Positions 1 through 9,033 of a DNA stretch of 32,456 nucleotides are shown one piece after another. This DNA is from Oscillospiraceae bacterium. GTDB taxonomy: Bacteria > Bacillota > Clostridia > Oscillospirales > Ruminococcaceae. Below the pieces are notes generated by a model, which saw only the letters and a program-made list of their open reading frames with translations, made no database searches and was not told the DNA's origin. The position numbers were made by a program, and so were the translations under genes. The stretch covers positions 1-32,456 of the forward strand of contig JAUNBN010000001.1 of assembly GCA_030527085.1 (NCBI GenBank), given 5' to 3'. Each line of letters starts with the position of its first letter. Position 1 is the stretch's first letter.

Positions 1-1064
<1,064 letters not shown>

Positions 1065-1115
1065 TTGCCAAACCGAACCTCTTTTTCTGTTTTTTCAGGG
1101 GGGCTTATATCGAAA

Positions 1116-1150
1116 GAGCGTCCCTGCGCTTTTTTCTCCTCGTCCCCCGC
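1116..1150 (-). repeat. Possible half-copy of the palindromic repeat family, minus orientation
   Basis: Read on the minus strand, the remB-gyrB spacer gives GCGGGGGACGAGGAGAAAAAAGCGCAGGGACGCTC. This resembles the right arm plus tail GGCGGGG..GAAAAAA..CGC..GGGACACTCCC of the 5735-5824 copy. Confidence 0.3.
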
Positions 1151-1158
1151 GTTAGGCC

Positions 1159-1428
1159 CTATACCAGACCATCCGCCCCCGAGGCGGCGCGCTTTTTGAG
1201 CGTTGCCGTGGAGACGCCCGAGATGTAAAGCCGCCTTACGCCCTTTTCGTCCTCGCAGGCCACAAAGCTTTTGGGTATTTCCTCGGTAGTATTTACCACC
1301 TCTCCCGCGAGCTGGGCCTTTTTCAAATATTCCCGCGTCCGCGCGCTTGTGGAGCAGTAGTCCAAATCAAAGATGCCTATTATATCGCGCGAGCGAACAA
1401 CCGCCGCGCCGCCGAGCTGCATATACAT
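1159..1428 (-). CDS. remB: DUF370 / RemB (YaaB)-family small protein
   Basis: The 89-aa ORF starts MYMQLGGAAVVRSRDIIGIFDLD. This is the RemB/YaaB-like N-terminus as I recall it, in the conserved Bacillota position between recF and gyrB. Confidence 0.8.
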   Translation of the reverse strand: MYMQLGGAAVVRSRDIIGIFDLDYCSTSARTREYLKKAQLAGEVVNTTEEIPKSFVACEDEKGVRRLYISGVSTATLKKRAASGADGLV

Positions 1429-1440
1429 ATTTTTCCTTTC

Positions 1441-2535
1441 TCAGATGAGCGCGCCGCCGCTCATTTTAAAGACCCTTGCGGCGCAGTGAAAGCTCTTTAA
1501 GACCACCTCCGGCTCGCAGCAGCTTATGAAGGCCTGAGCCTCGCCCAAGGCCCCTAAGAGGCGCTCGCGCCTCGCCTCATCCAGCTCAGAGAGCACGTCG
1601 TCCAAAAGGAGTATGGGCCTCTCGCCGGTCTCAGCCTCCATAAGCTCCGCCTCGGCCAGCTTTAAGGAGAGCGCGAGGCAGCGCTGCTGCCCCTGAGAGG
1701 CGAAAGCTTTGGCCTCCTCGCCGTTGAGCTTCAGCTCCAAATCGTCCCTGTGCGGCCCCTTGAGCGTAAAGCCCGCGCGCTTGTCAGCCTCGCGGCCGCT
1801 CTTAAGGCCGCTCAGAGCCTGCTCGGGGGAGAGCGGCGCGCCCTCTTTAAAAACGCTGGAGGCGTAGGCCATTCGCGGTTCTTCCAAGCCCTCGGATATC
1901 TCGCGGTAGCGCTCGCAGGCCAAGGGGGAGAGCTTTTCCAGAAAGGCGCGCCGCGCTCTGGTTATAAAAGTCAGAGACTGGGCCAGGCGCTCGTCGTAGA
2001 TATCGAGCAGACCCTCGGAGTTGAAGGTCTGGTAATAGTCCCTCAAAAGGCGGTTGCGCTGGTTTAAGGTGCGCGTGAAGTTTTTGAGGTTGTTCAGGTA
2101 GAGCGGGGATATCTGGCAAAGCGCCGTGTCTATAAAGCGGCGGCGCTTTTCGGGCGAGCCTTTAACTAAGCTTAAATGCTCCGGCGAAAACACTACACAG
2201 CAGAGCTTGCCCGCCGCGGCCGCGGCTCTTTTAAAGGCCCCCTTATTCAAGCTGGCCTCGCGGCCCTTTTCGGTAATAGTTAAAACTATCTCCTGCTCGC
2301 GCCCCTCGCTCACAAAGCCGGAGCTCAGGCGCGCGGCCTGCTCACCCTGCCTTATAAGCGCGCTGTCCTTTGCGGCGCGAAAGCTCTTGGCTCCCGTTAA
2401 AAGAAATATGCTCTCCAGAAGATTTGTCTTGCCCTGGCCGTTTTTCCCGCAGATGACGTTTACGGCCTCGGAGGGCTCGAGCTCGAGCCTTTTTATATTC
2501 CTGAAATTAACGCAGGAATGTCGCGTCAGGTACAT
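1441..2535 (-). CDS. recF: DNA replication and repair protein RecF
   Basis: 364 aa with Walker A GKNGQGKTNLLESIF and C-terminal LLLDDVLSELD. It sits in the conserved dnaA-dnaN-yaaA-recF-gyrB order and overlaps the upstream S4 gene by 10 nt. Confidence 0.95.
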   Translation of the reverse strand: MYLTRHSCVNFRNIKRLELEPSEAVNVICGKNGQGKTNLLESIFLLTGAKSFRAAKDSALIRQGEQAARLSSGFVSEGREQEIVLTITEKGREASLNKGAFKRAAAAAGKLCCVVFSPEHLSLVKGSPEKRRRFIDTALCQISPLYLNNLKNFTRTLNQRNRLLRDYYQTFNSEGLLDIYDERLAQSLTFITRARRAFLEKLSPLACERYREISEGLEEPRMAYASSVFKEGAPLSPEQALSGLKSGREADKRAGFTLKGPHRDDLELKLNGEEAKAFASQGQQRCLALSLKLAEAELMEAETGERPILLLDDVLSELDEARRERLLGALGEAQAFISCCEPEVVLKSFHCAARVFKMSGGALI

Positions 2536-2741
2536 CCGCGCACCTCGAAGACCTCGCCTGAAGCTTCGAAAACGTCTCCCGGCCTGAGCTTTCGTCCTCT
2601 TTGCAGGCAGGTTTCGCCGTTTACTTTAACTTCACCCTCTGAAATCAACTCTTTTGCCTGCCCGCCGCTCAAAACCGCGCCGCAAAGCTTTAGGGCCTGA
2701 GATAGGCTTATGTATTCGCTTTTTATAAAAAGCTCGCTCAT
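2526..2741 (-). CDS. yaaA: S4-domain RNA-binding protein (YaaA-like)
   Basis: 71-aa ORF with an S4-like segment (GQAKELISEGEVKVNGE..RGRKLRPGD). It lies in the conserved slot between dnaN and recF and overlaps the dnaN stop by 4 nt. Confidence 0.8.
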   Translation of the reverse strand: MSELFIKSEYISLSQALKLCGAVLSGGQAKELISEGEVKVNGETCLQRGRKLRPGDVFEASGEVFEVRGCT

Positions 2742-3844
2742 TCGTTCTTGATGCGTACGGGAAGCACCAGGAAGAGAAAGTCGTCGCCCTCGGGCGGGAC
2801 TATCTTCATCGGGGAGGAGGCTCCCGAAATCTCGAGCACTACCTCCTCAAGGCCGCTGTTTCTCAAAGCGTCGAGCAGATAGCGGTTGTTGAAGCCCATC
2901 TCTATGCCTTCGCCCTCTATCTCGCAGTCCATCTCGTCGTAGGAGCTGGCTATTCCCGTAACGCAGGTTATGGTTAGCTTTCCCTCGCCGAAGATGAGCC
3001 GGACGGGGCTCTTGAAGCGGTCGGTTATTATGAGGGATACCCTCTCTATTGCGTCGTAGAACTCCTTGACTCCGATTTTAACCTTGGTCGTATATCCCTT
3101 GGGCACCGCCTTGCGGTAGTCGAGAAAATCGCCCTCCAAAAGGCGCGTGACTACGGTATAGGAGCCCAAGCGGAACACCGCCGAGCGGCGCGCCGTGCCT
3201 ACGGTCACCTCGTTTTCGCCGTCGCCCGCGAGCTTCGCTATCTCTGAGAGAGTCTTTCCGGGAACTATAAAGCTTTTGTTTTCCATGAGCGAGGCCCCGC
3301 GGCAGCGCGCCACGGCCAGGCGGTAGCCGTCTACGGAAACTACCGTGAGCTCGTCTCCCTCTATTATGAATTTTGAGCCCGTGTGTACCGGACGCTGGTC
3401 GCTGGGAGAGACGGCGTAGATGGTTTTGTTTATAAGCTCCTTTAAAAGCGAGGCCTTTATTGAAAGGGTATTGTCAGTGTCCGGCACGGGCAACTCGGGA
3501 AAGTCAGCGGCGGGTATGCCTATAAAATTGAAAACCGTTATGCCGCCCTTTACCGTGGTCTTAAAATCGCTCTTGGCCTCTATTTCTACGCGCTCGCTCT
3601 CTATTCTGCGGACCATGTCTCCCAGAAAGCGCGCATTTAAGACTATCTCGCCCGACTCTTCCACTTCGGCCTCGAGCTCGGTCATTATGCCGATTTCAAG
3701 GTCGAAGGCCGTAAGCAACACTCCGTCTTCGCGGCATTTGAAGAGTATTCCCTCGAGCGCGGCCAGAGTGGACTTTGCGCTCACCGCTCTGGATACTCCG
3801 TTTATAGCCTCCAGCAGCGCGGATCTTTCGCAGCTTATTTTCAT
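2738..3844 (-). CDS. dnaN: DNA polymerase III beta sliding clamp
   Basis: 368 aa, length and position typical of DnaN immediately downstream of dnaA. N-terminus is MKISCERSALLEAINGVSRAVS. Confidence 0.93.
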   Translation of the reverse strand: MKISCERSALLEAINGVSRAVSAKSTLAALEGILFKCREDGVLLTAFDLEIGIMTELEAEVEESGEIVLNARFLGDMVRRIESERVEIEAKSDFKTTVKGGITVFNFIGIPAADFPELPVPDTDNTLSIKASLLKELINKTIYAVSPSDQRPVHTGSKFIIEGDELTVVSVDGYRLAVARCRGASLMENKSFIVPGKTLSEIAKLAGDGENEVTVGTARRSAVFRLGSYTVVTRLLEGDFLDYRKAVPKGYTTKVKIGVKEFYDAIERVSLIITDRFKSPVRLIFGEGKLTITCVTGIASSYDEMDCEIEGEGIEMGFNNRYLLDALRNSGLEEVVLEISGASSPMKIVPPEGDDFLFLVLPVRIKNE

Positions 3845-4078
3845 TTTTATCCCCTCGATTTCTTTATATATAAACTAACTTAAATTTTAGTAGTATTAGG
3901 GCCTGTCAAAGCGGTAGAAGTATTTAAAAACAACAGAAGCAGTCTCTATTTTTAAAAGGTTGAAATCGTGCGTTCGGCCGTTTAAAAATTGTGGAAGATT
4001 TAAAATTGTTCCGTTCTTTGTGAAAATCCTCATATTTTAAACGTTGAATCTACAAAAAGCCGTTTAAAACCTCGGCAC
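3845..4078. other. AT-rich dnaA-dnaN spacer, candidate oriC unwinding region
   Basis: This stretch is much more AT-rich than the surrounding DNA. TTTAAAA-type motifs occur at 3923, 3951, 3981, 3999, 4035 and 4063. Only degenerate DnaA-box-like 9-mers were seen, e.g. TGTGGAAGA at 3990-3998 (7/9 to TGTGGATAA). The location matches the Bacillota oriC DUE position. Confidence 0.5.
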
Positions 4079-5386
4079 TCATGTCTTGGAGTTTTTGATA
4101 ATGTCCTCTATGAGCTCTTTCGTTCTCGTGTCGTTCTGCATGAGCTTCTCCACCTTGCTCGTGCCGTAGACAACCGTGGCGTGATTGCGGCCGCCGAACT
4201 CCGCGCCTATGCGCTCCATGGTCATGCCCGTGACCTCTCTTACTATATACATCGCTACCTGGCGCGGCAGGGAAACGGAGGCGTTCTGCTTGGCTGAGCG
4301 TATGTCCTCGGGAGAGACGTTGTAGGTGCGCGCGACCTCATTTACTATCTTCTCGACAGTAACGGGTATTGGCTGCTGCTCGGAGAGTATGTCCCTTATG
4401 GCGTTCTGCGCAAGTCCTATCGAGGGGCTTATGCCGTCCATCTGGTAATAGGCTCCCAGCTTCTTTACCGCGCCCTCGAGCTGGCGCACGTCGTTCTTGA
4501 CGTTTACGGCTATATACTCGGCCACCTCGCTCGAAATCTTGAGACCGAGCTGCTCGGCCTTGCGGTAGATAATGGATATACGCGTCTCCACGTCCGGCGG
4601 CTGAACGTCCGCGAGCAGACCCCATTCAAAGCGGGTGCGCAGCCTCTCCTCGAGGGATTTTATCTCTTTTGGCGGCCTGTCCGAGGAGATGACTATCTGC
4701 TTGTGGTCGTTGTGCAGGGCGTTGAAGGTGTGGAAGAACTCCTCCTGAGTGGCCTCCTTGCCGCCTATGAACTGCACGTCGTCCACGAGCAGGACGTCTG
4801 CGGAGCGGAATTTATCGTGGAAGGCCTCGGTGCTGCCCGAGCTTATCGCGGCGATGAGCTCGTTTGTGAATTGGTCGCCGCCTATGTATATTACTTTAAG
4901 CTGCGGGTGAGTTTTTGTCAGCGAGTTCTTAATGGCGAGCAGCAGGTGGGTCTTGCCTAAGCCCGGCGCGCCGTAGATGAAGAGAGGGTTGTAGGTGCTC
5001 GCGGGCGAGGCGGCCACGGCCTGCGCCGCCGCGTGGGCAAAGCGGTTGTCCTGACCTACTATGAAGTTCTCGAAGGTGTATTGGCCCTCAGGGCCGAAGC
5101 TCTGCGCGCCGCTCTTTTCGCCCTCGTCCCCGGGCATCTCGGCACGGCTGACGATTTTAATCTCGATATCAAAGCCCATGACCTGCGAAAAGGCGCGCTT
5201 GAGCAGGGGCAGGTAGCGCTCCTCAACCGTTGATTTTATAAAGGCCGTGCTCACGGAGAGCGTGGCCTTGCCGTCGTCGTAGGAGACGGGCTCAAGACCC
5301 TTGAGCCAGAGGTTGTAGATGGTCTCGGCCTCCGACAGCCGGCAATAATCCTTTACCGCGTTTAAGCACTGCTCGAAAGATTCCAT
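4079..5386 (-). CDS. dnaA: Chromosomal replication initiator DnaA
   Basis: 435 aa with AAA+ Walker A GAPGLGKTHLL and a C-terminal DNA-binding domain (VAMYIVREVTG..IGAEFGGRNHATVVY). Confidence 0.97.
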   Translation of the reverse strand: MESFEQCLNAVKDYCRLSEAETIYNLWLKGLEPVSYDDGKATLSVSTAFIKSTVEERYLPLLKRAFSQVMGFDIEIKIVSRAEMPGDEGEKSGAQSFGPEGQYTFENFIVGQDNRFAHAAAQAVAASPASTYNPLFIYGAPGLGKTHLLLAIKNSLTKTHPQLKVIYIGGDQFTNELIAAISSGSTEAFHDKFRSADVLLVDDVQFIGGKEATQEEFFHTFNALHNDHKQIVISSDRPPKEIKSLEERLRTRFEWGLLADVQPPDVETRISIIYRKAEQLGLKISSEVAEYIAVNVKNDVRQLEGAVKKLGAYYQMDGISPSIGLAQNAIRDILSEQQPIPVTVEKIVNEVARTYNVSPEDIRSAKQNASVSLPRQVAMYIVREVTGMTMERIGAEFGGRNHATVVYGTSKVEKLMQNDTRTKELIEDIIKNSKT

Positions 5387-5530
5387 TGGCCGCTCTCTCT
5401 TTCTAAAATACTACAAATATATATGTAAGAATTTTAGCATATCGTGAGCTTTCTTTCAACAGAAAAAGCCGCGGATTTATGTGCAAATTATGATAATAAA
5501 TTTTAACTGTCTCAGTAAAAATGACGAAGC
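5387..5530. promoter_or_regulatory. AT-rich dnaA upstream region (dnaA promoter, possible second oriC module)
   Basis: AT-rich DNA lies directly upstream of dnaA. By eye only 6-7/9 DnaA-box-like matches were found, e.g. TTTTCCATA near 5533 and TTATGTGCA near 5477. Confidence 0.4.
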
Positions 5531-5666
5531 TGTTTTCCATAAGAAAGGAGCGCTCCCGCCCTGCGTTTTTTTACTGTACGCGCTGCCTCGCCGCCTGAAA
5601 ATGGGAGAAAACCCACGCGGAGGGAGACTCCCACGCTTCTGAGAGCAGCCCTTTCGTGCTGAAGCT

Positions 5667-5705
5667 GTGTTTTGTTTTCCCTCCTTCGACGGGGAAACAG
5701 AACAC
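5667..5705 (-). repeat. Repeat-family hairpin, apparently inverted relative to the other copies
   Basis: The sequence is GTGTTTTGTTTTCCC-TCCTTCGAC-GGGGAAACAGAACAC. The arms pair at 13/15 plus two T:G pairs. The reverse complement reads CCCCGTCGAAGGAGGG, like the family core CCACCGTCGAAGGCGGGG at 24753. GGGAG.CTCCC-type termini lie nearby (5622-5632). Confidence 0.45.
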
Positions 5706-5734
5706 TAAACATTCCGGAGGCGTCCCGGTCTCTT

Positions 5735-5824
5735 GGGAGTGACCTGTAAGCGTGTAATGTGCTGTCTTTCCCCCGCCGGAGGCGGGGAAAAGACAGCGAA
5801 AAAACAACGCAACGGGACACTCCC
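5735..5824 (+). mobile_element. MITE-like palindromic element, best-preserved copy
   Basis: Termini are GGGAGTGACCT (5735) and GGGACACTCCC (5814-5824), whose reverse complement is GGGAGTGTCCC (9/11 match). The central hairpin 5761-5797 is GCTGTCTTTCCCCCGCC-GGA-GGCGGGGAAAAGACAGC. Identical 8-bp direct repeats GGTCTCTT flank it at 5727-5734 and 5825-5832. It has no coding capacity. Confidence 0.6.
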
Positions 5825-5839
5825 GGTCTCTTTTAGCGC

Positions 5840-5867
5840 TTGACATCGCCGAGCGCTGTGTTATATA
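5840..5867 (+). promoter_or_regulatory. Sigma-70-type promoter of the rpmH operon
   Basis: TTGACA (5840-5845), a 16-nt spacer, then TGtTATATA extended -10 (5859-5867). It lies 37 nt upstream of the rpmH ATG. Confidence 0.6.
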
Positions 5868-5903
5868 CTTATAAACCGCAAGGTTTTCAGCAAGGAGAAG
5901 AAA

Positions 5904-6038
5904 ATGCAACCGACTTATCATCCCAAAAAGCGCACCCGCAAGCGCGTCCACGGCTTTATGAAGCGCATGGCCACCTCCAACGGACGCAAGGTTCTTGCGC
6001 GAAGGCGCGCGCGCGGCAGGGCCCGCCTGAGCGCCTGA
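5904..6038 (+). CDS. rpmH: 50S ribosomal protein L34
   Basis: The ORF translates to [44 protein letters not shown] (44 aa). AGGAGAAG Shine-Dalgarno is present. It is too short for the ORF track. Confidence 0.95.
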   Translation: MQPTYHPKKRTRKRVHGFMKRMATSNGRKVLARRRARGRARLSA

Positions 6039-6073
6039 GAGCCGCCGCAAAAGCGGAGGCTCTTATTTTTTAA

Positions 6074-6418
6074 ATGGCAGATAAAGGCCCCTCAAGGCCC
6101 ACCTCTCTCAACCGCAACTGGCAGTTCGCGCGCGCCTACAAAAGCAAAAAGCGCTTTTCCTGCGCCTATTTTACGACCTATGTGGCGCGGGGGCGCTTTG
6201 GAGTGAGGCTGGGCGTCAGCGCCTCGAAGAAGCTCGGCTGCGCGGTCAAGCGCAACCGGGCGCGCAGGATAGTCAAGGCCGCCGCGTGCGAGCTGCTCAA
6301 AAACGCGGGCGGCTCTTTCGACATAGTTTTCGTCTGCCGCGCGGCCTGTCTTGAAAAAAAGTCCACCGAGCTCATACCCCATATGAAGCGCCATCTCGAG
6401 GGCGCGGGTGTGCTTTAA
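6074..6418 (+). CDS. rnpA: Ribonuclease P protein component
   Basis: 114 aa, basic, with KKLGCAVKRNRARR (RNR motif). It follows rpmH in the conserved position. Confidence 0.9.
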   Translation: MADKGPSRPTSLNRNWQFARAYKSKKRFSCAYFTTYVARGRFGVRLGVSASKKLGCAVKRNRARRIVKAAACELLKNAGGSFDIVFVCRAACLEKKSTELIPHMKRHLEGAGVL

Positions 6419-6652
6419 ATGATAAAACGCGCGCTCGTTTTTCTGATACGCGGCTATCAAAAATATATAAGCCCTCTGCTGGGGGACCACTGCCGCTTTG
6501 TGCCCAGCTGCTCCCAGTACACTCTGGAGGCCATAGAAACCCGCGGGGTACTTATGGGCCTGCTGCTCGGCTTCTTTAGAATTTTAAGGTGTAATCCTCT
6601 GTTTAAAGGCGGCTACGATCCCGTACCACAGAGGCCGGCGCGCCTGAAATAA
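6419..6652 (+). CDS. yidD: Membrane protein insertion efficiency factor YidD
   Basis: 77 aa with [25 protein letters not shown] and RCNPL..GGYDPVP. The start abuts the rnpA stop. Confidence 0.92.
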   Translation: MIKRALVFLIRGYQKYISPLLGDHCRFVPSCSQYTLEAIETRGVLMGLLLGFFRILRCNPLFKGGYDPVPQRPARLK

Positions 6653-6681
6653 TAATCTCCGACGGAGGATTTGAAATTTAA

Positions 6682-7740
6682 ATGTTTCAGCAGATTTGGG
6701 ACCTGATAGCGATACCTCTCGGCTTCATAATGAAGTATTGCTATATCTTTGTTCACGACATTCTCAATCTGCCCATAGCCTACATATGGGCGCTCTTCCT
6801 CTTTACCCTCATTACCAAAATTCTGCTCTTTCCGCTCTCTTTAAAGCAGCAGAAGTCCTCGGCGAAAATGGCGGCCTTCCAGCCGCTGATGGCCGACGTT
6901 CAAAAGACCTACGCCAACGACAAAAAGCGCCAGCAGGAGGAGATGCTCAAGCTCCAGGAGGAGATGGGCTATAATCCCATGTCCGGCTGCCTGCCTCTGC
7001 TTATACAGTTCCCGATAATCTTCGGCCTCATAGAGGTCATTTACAAGCCCCTCACCTATATGCTCACGGTTCCCGCCGAGCTGGTAAGCGAGCTTACCAG
7101 CATAACCAACTCGCTCGTTACCACCTCCAACACCCGCCTTATAGAAACCTCGATAATAGAGCAGATTAAGACCAATATCGGAGCCTTTTCCTCCCTTACC
7201 GCCAACCCCGAATACGCCGACTGGATAGAAAGAATAGCCAACCTCGACATGAGTATAGGCTCCATTAACCTCTGGGACGTGCCGAGCCTTCAGAACCCCT
7301 CGCTCGTCTGGCTTATTCCGGCGTTTTCCGTCGTCACAATGCTCGCCTCCTCGCTCATCAACCTCAGGACGAGCGGCAGCGCCGACGCGCAGGGCGGCGC
7401 GCAGTCCCGCGTCATGATGATAGTAATGTCGCTGATGTTCGCGGTGTTCTCTTTTATGTATCCCGCGGGCTTCAGCCTCTACTGGGCCTTCCAGAACATA
7501 ATCCTCATCGGCCAGTCCTTCCTGCTCAAGAGGATAGTAGACCCCGAAAAGCTCAAAGAGCAGATGCGCCTCGAGATGGAGGAAAAGAAAAAATCCGCCA
7601 AGAAGAAAAAGAAGAACATCGTCAAAATTAAAGACGAGAAGACCGGCGAGGTAATTGAAAAGGAGCTGTCCGTAGCCGAGCTGGAAAAGCTCAGGCTGCA
7701 GAAGGCGCGCACTCTTAAGGACTCGCCCTACGATTGCTGA
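6682..7740 (+). CDS. yidC: YidC/Oxa1-family membrane insertase (SpoIIIJ-like) with Lys-rich C-terminal tail
   Basis: 352 aa, polytopic. It has the insertase motif region MAAFQPLM..MLKLQEEMGYNPMSGCLPLLIQFPIIFGL and a KKKSAKKKKK tail. Confidence 0.93.
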   Translation: MFQQIWDLIAIPLGFIMKYCYIFVHDILNLPIAYIWALFLFTLITKILLFPLSLKQQKSSAKMAAFQPLMADVQKTYANDKKRQQEEMLKLQEEMGYNPMSGCLPLLIQFPIIFGLIEVIYKPLTYMLTVPAELVSELTSITNSLVTTSNTRLIETSIIEQIKTNIGAFSSLTANPEYADWIERIANLDMSIGSINLWDVPSLQNPSLVWLIPAFSVVTMLASSLINLRTSGSADAQGGAQSRVMMIVMSLMFAVFSFMYPAGFSLYWAFQNIILIGQSFLLKRIVDPEKLKEQMRLEMEEKKKSAKKKKKNIVKIKDEKTGEVIEKELSVAELEKLRLQKARTLKDSPYDC

Positions 7741-7766
7741 CAAGCTTTGAAAGGAAGCAATAGATA

Positions 7767-8936
7767 ATGCAGGAGACCATAACACAGGGAAGGACGGTCG
7801 CCGAGGCCGTCGAAAAGGCCTGCTCCGAGCTGGGCTTGAGCTCGGACGACCTCGTTTACGAAATTCTCGAAGAGGCCAAGAGCGGAGTATTCGGCATAGG
7901 CGCGAGGCCCGCCAGGGTAAGGGCCTGGCGGCGCGAGGACGAGATATCCGCCAAGAGCCTGCTCGAGGAGCTCGAGCACCCCGCCCGCGAAAAGGAGAGC
8001 CGCAGCGAGAGCGAGGTCGGCGAAAGAACAGAGCCGCACCGCACCGAGCGGCACCGCGAGGAAGCTCGAGCGGGCAAGAAGCACACTCGCGAGAGCAAGC
8101 CCGAAAAGGCTCCAAAGAGAGACGCGGAGCTCAGGGAGAGCTACCCCTTCAACACCGCGAAGGAGGAGAGAGCTCCCGAGGAGGCAAAGGCGCCCGCTCC
8201 GCCCGCCGCCGAAGCGCCGCAGCAGGCGCCGGAGACGGCGGAGACCATTGAACTCGCCGAGCTGCCCGAGTCCGCCAAGACCGCGCTGGAATTTCTTAAG
8301 GAGGTCGGCGCGCGCCTTGGAGTCGCAAGCTGGGAGCTAAGCGCGCAGAAGACGGAGCGCGGGATAAAGCTTGTGGCGGAGGGGGCGGACGCCAGCGCCC
8401 TTATAGGCCGCCACGGCGAGCTTATGGACGCGCTGCAGTACCTCTGCACGCTGGTCAGCTCGCGCGCGGGCGATGACTACTGCAAGATAAGCCTCGACAT
8501 AGCCGGCTACCGCAAAAAGCGCGAGAGGGCGCTGCAGGCCCTGGCTTCGCGCGAGGCCGGAAAGGTGAAGCGCACGAAATACAGTGCCACGCTCGAGCCG
8601 ATGAACCCTTACGAGCGCCGCATAGTCCACAGCGCCGTCCAGCAGATAGAGGGCGTTATCTCCGAGTCCGTGGGCGAGGAGCCCTACCGCAGGGTAGTCA
8701 TCTCGCTTGAGAGCGGCGGAAAGGGCTCGCGCCGTCCCGACAGGAAGCGCGGCGGCCCGAGAAGGCCACGCACGGGCGGGCGGCCCGAGCGCCGCGCCCC
8801 CAGAGACTACGGCAGCAGGGACGAGGAGCGCGCTGAGCCCTCGCGCGCCGGCGAAAGCCCCGAGCCCGCAAGGAGCGAGGCCGAGAAAAAGACCGACTTG
8901 GACGAGAGCCTGCTCTACAAGAAGATAGAGCTTTAA
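7767..8936 (+). CDS. jag: Jag/KhpB-like RNA-binding protein (Jag_N + KH + R3H) with low-complexity insertions
   Basis: N-terminus is QGRTVAEAVEKACSELGL..VYEILEE. The KH/R3H part reads ALIGRHGELMDALQYL...EPMNPYERRIVHSAV. It follows yidC in the conserved position and has a GAAAGGAAG Shine-Dalgarno. Confidence 0.88.
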   Translation: MQETITQGRTVAEAVEKACSELGLSSDDLVYEILEEAKSGVFGIGARPARVRAWRREDEISAKSLLEELEHPAREKESRSESEVGERTEPHRTERHREEARAGKKHTRESKPEKAPKRDAELRESYPFNTAKEERAPEEAKAPAPPAAEAPQQAPETAETIELAELPESAKTALEFLKEVGARLGVASWELSAQKTERGIKLVAEGADASALIGRHGELMDALQYLCTLVSSRAGDDYCKISLDIAGYRKKRERALQALASREAGKVKRTKYSATLEPMNPYERRIVHSAVQQIEGVISESVGEEPYRRVVISLESGGKGSRRPDRKRGGPRRPRTGGRPERRAPRDYGSRDEERAEPSRAGESPEPARSEAEKKTDLDESLLYKKIEL

Positions 8937-8968
8937 TTCAATTCAAGGTTAATATGTAATACGCTCCG

Positions 8969-9021
8969 GGGTCAAAGGCCGGCGCGCGGGTAGGCCGCGC
9001 GGTCTTTGACCCTTTAGCTTT
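8969..9021 (+). terminator. GC-rich stem-loop with interrupted T-run between jag and mnmE (terminator or attenuator candidate)
   Basis: GGGTCAAAGGCCGGCGCGC..GCCGCGCGGTCTTTGACCC forms a ~17-bp stem (8969-9012). It is followed by TTTAGCTTT and then the mnmE Shine-Dalgarno AAGGAGGG. Confidence 0.45.
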
Positions 9022-9033
9022 AAGGAGGGCGAA

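Noticed and set aside
5745-5758. GTAAGCGTGTAATG motif (also at 26781) as an IS66-type terminal inverted repeat
   Set aside because: As I recall, IS66 ends begin GTAAGCG and make 8-bp duplications. Here, however, the motif is internal to the element (10 nt inside the GGGAGTG terminus). Only some copies carry it, and no IS66 genes are present. It is kept only as a hint for identifying a parent element.
6841-8115. 424-aa minus-strand ORF overlapping yidC and jag
   Set aside because: It is antisense to two well-supported genes. It is Arg/Pro/Gly-rich and low-complexity, and I found no Shine-Dalgarno. This is a typical stop-free antisense frame in GC-rich DNA.
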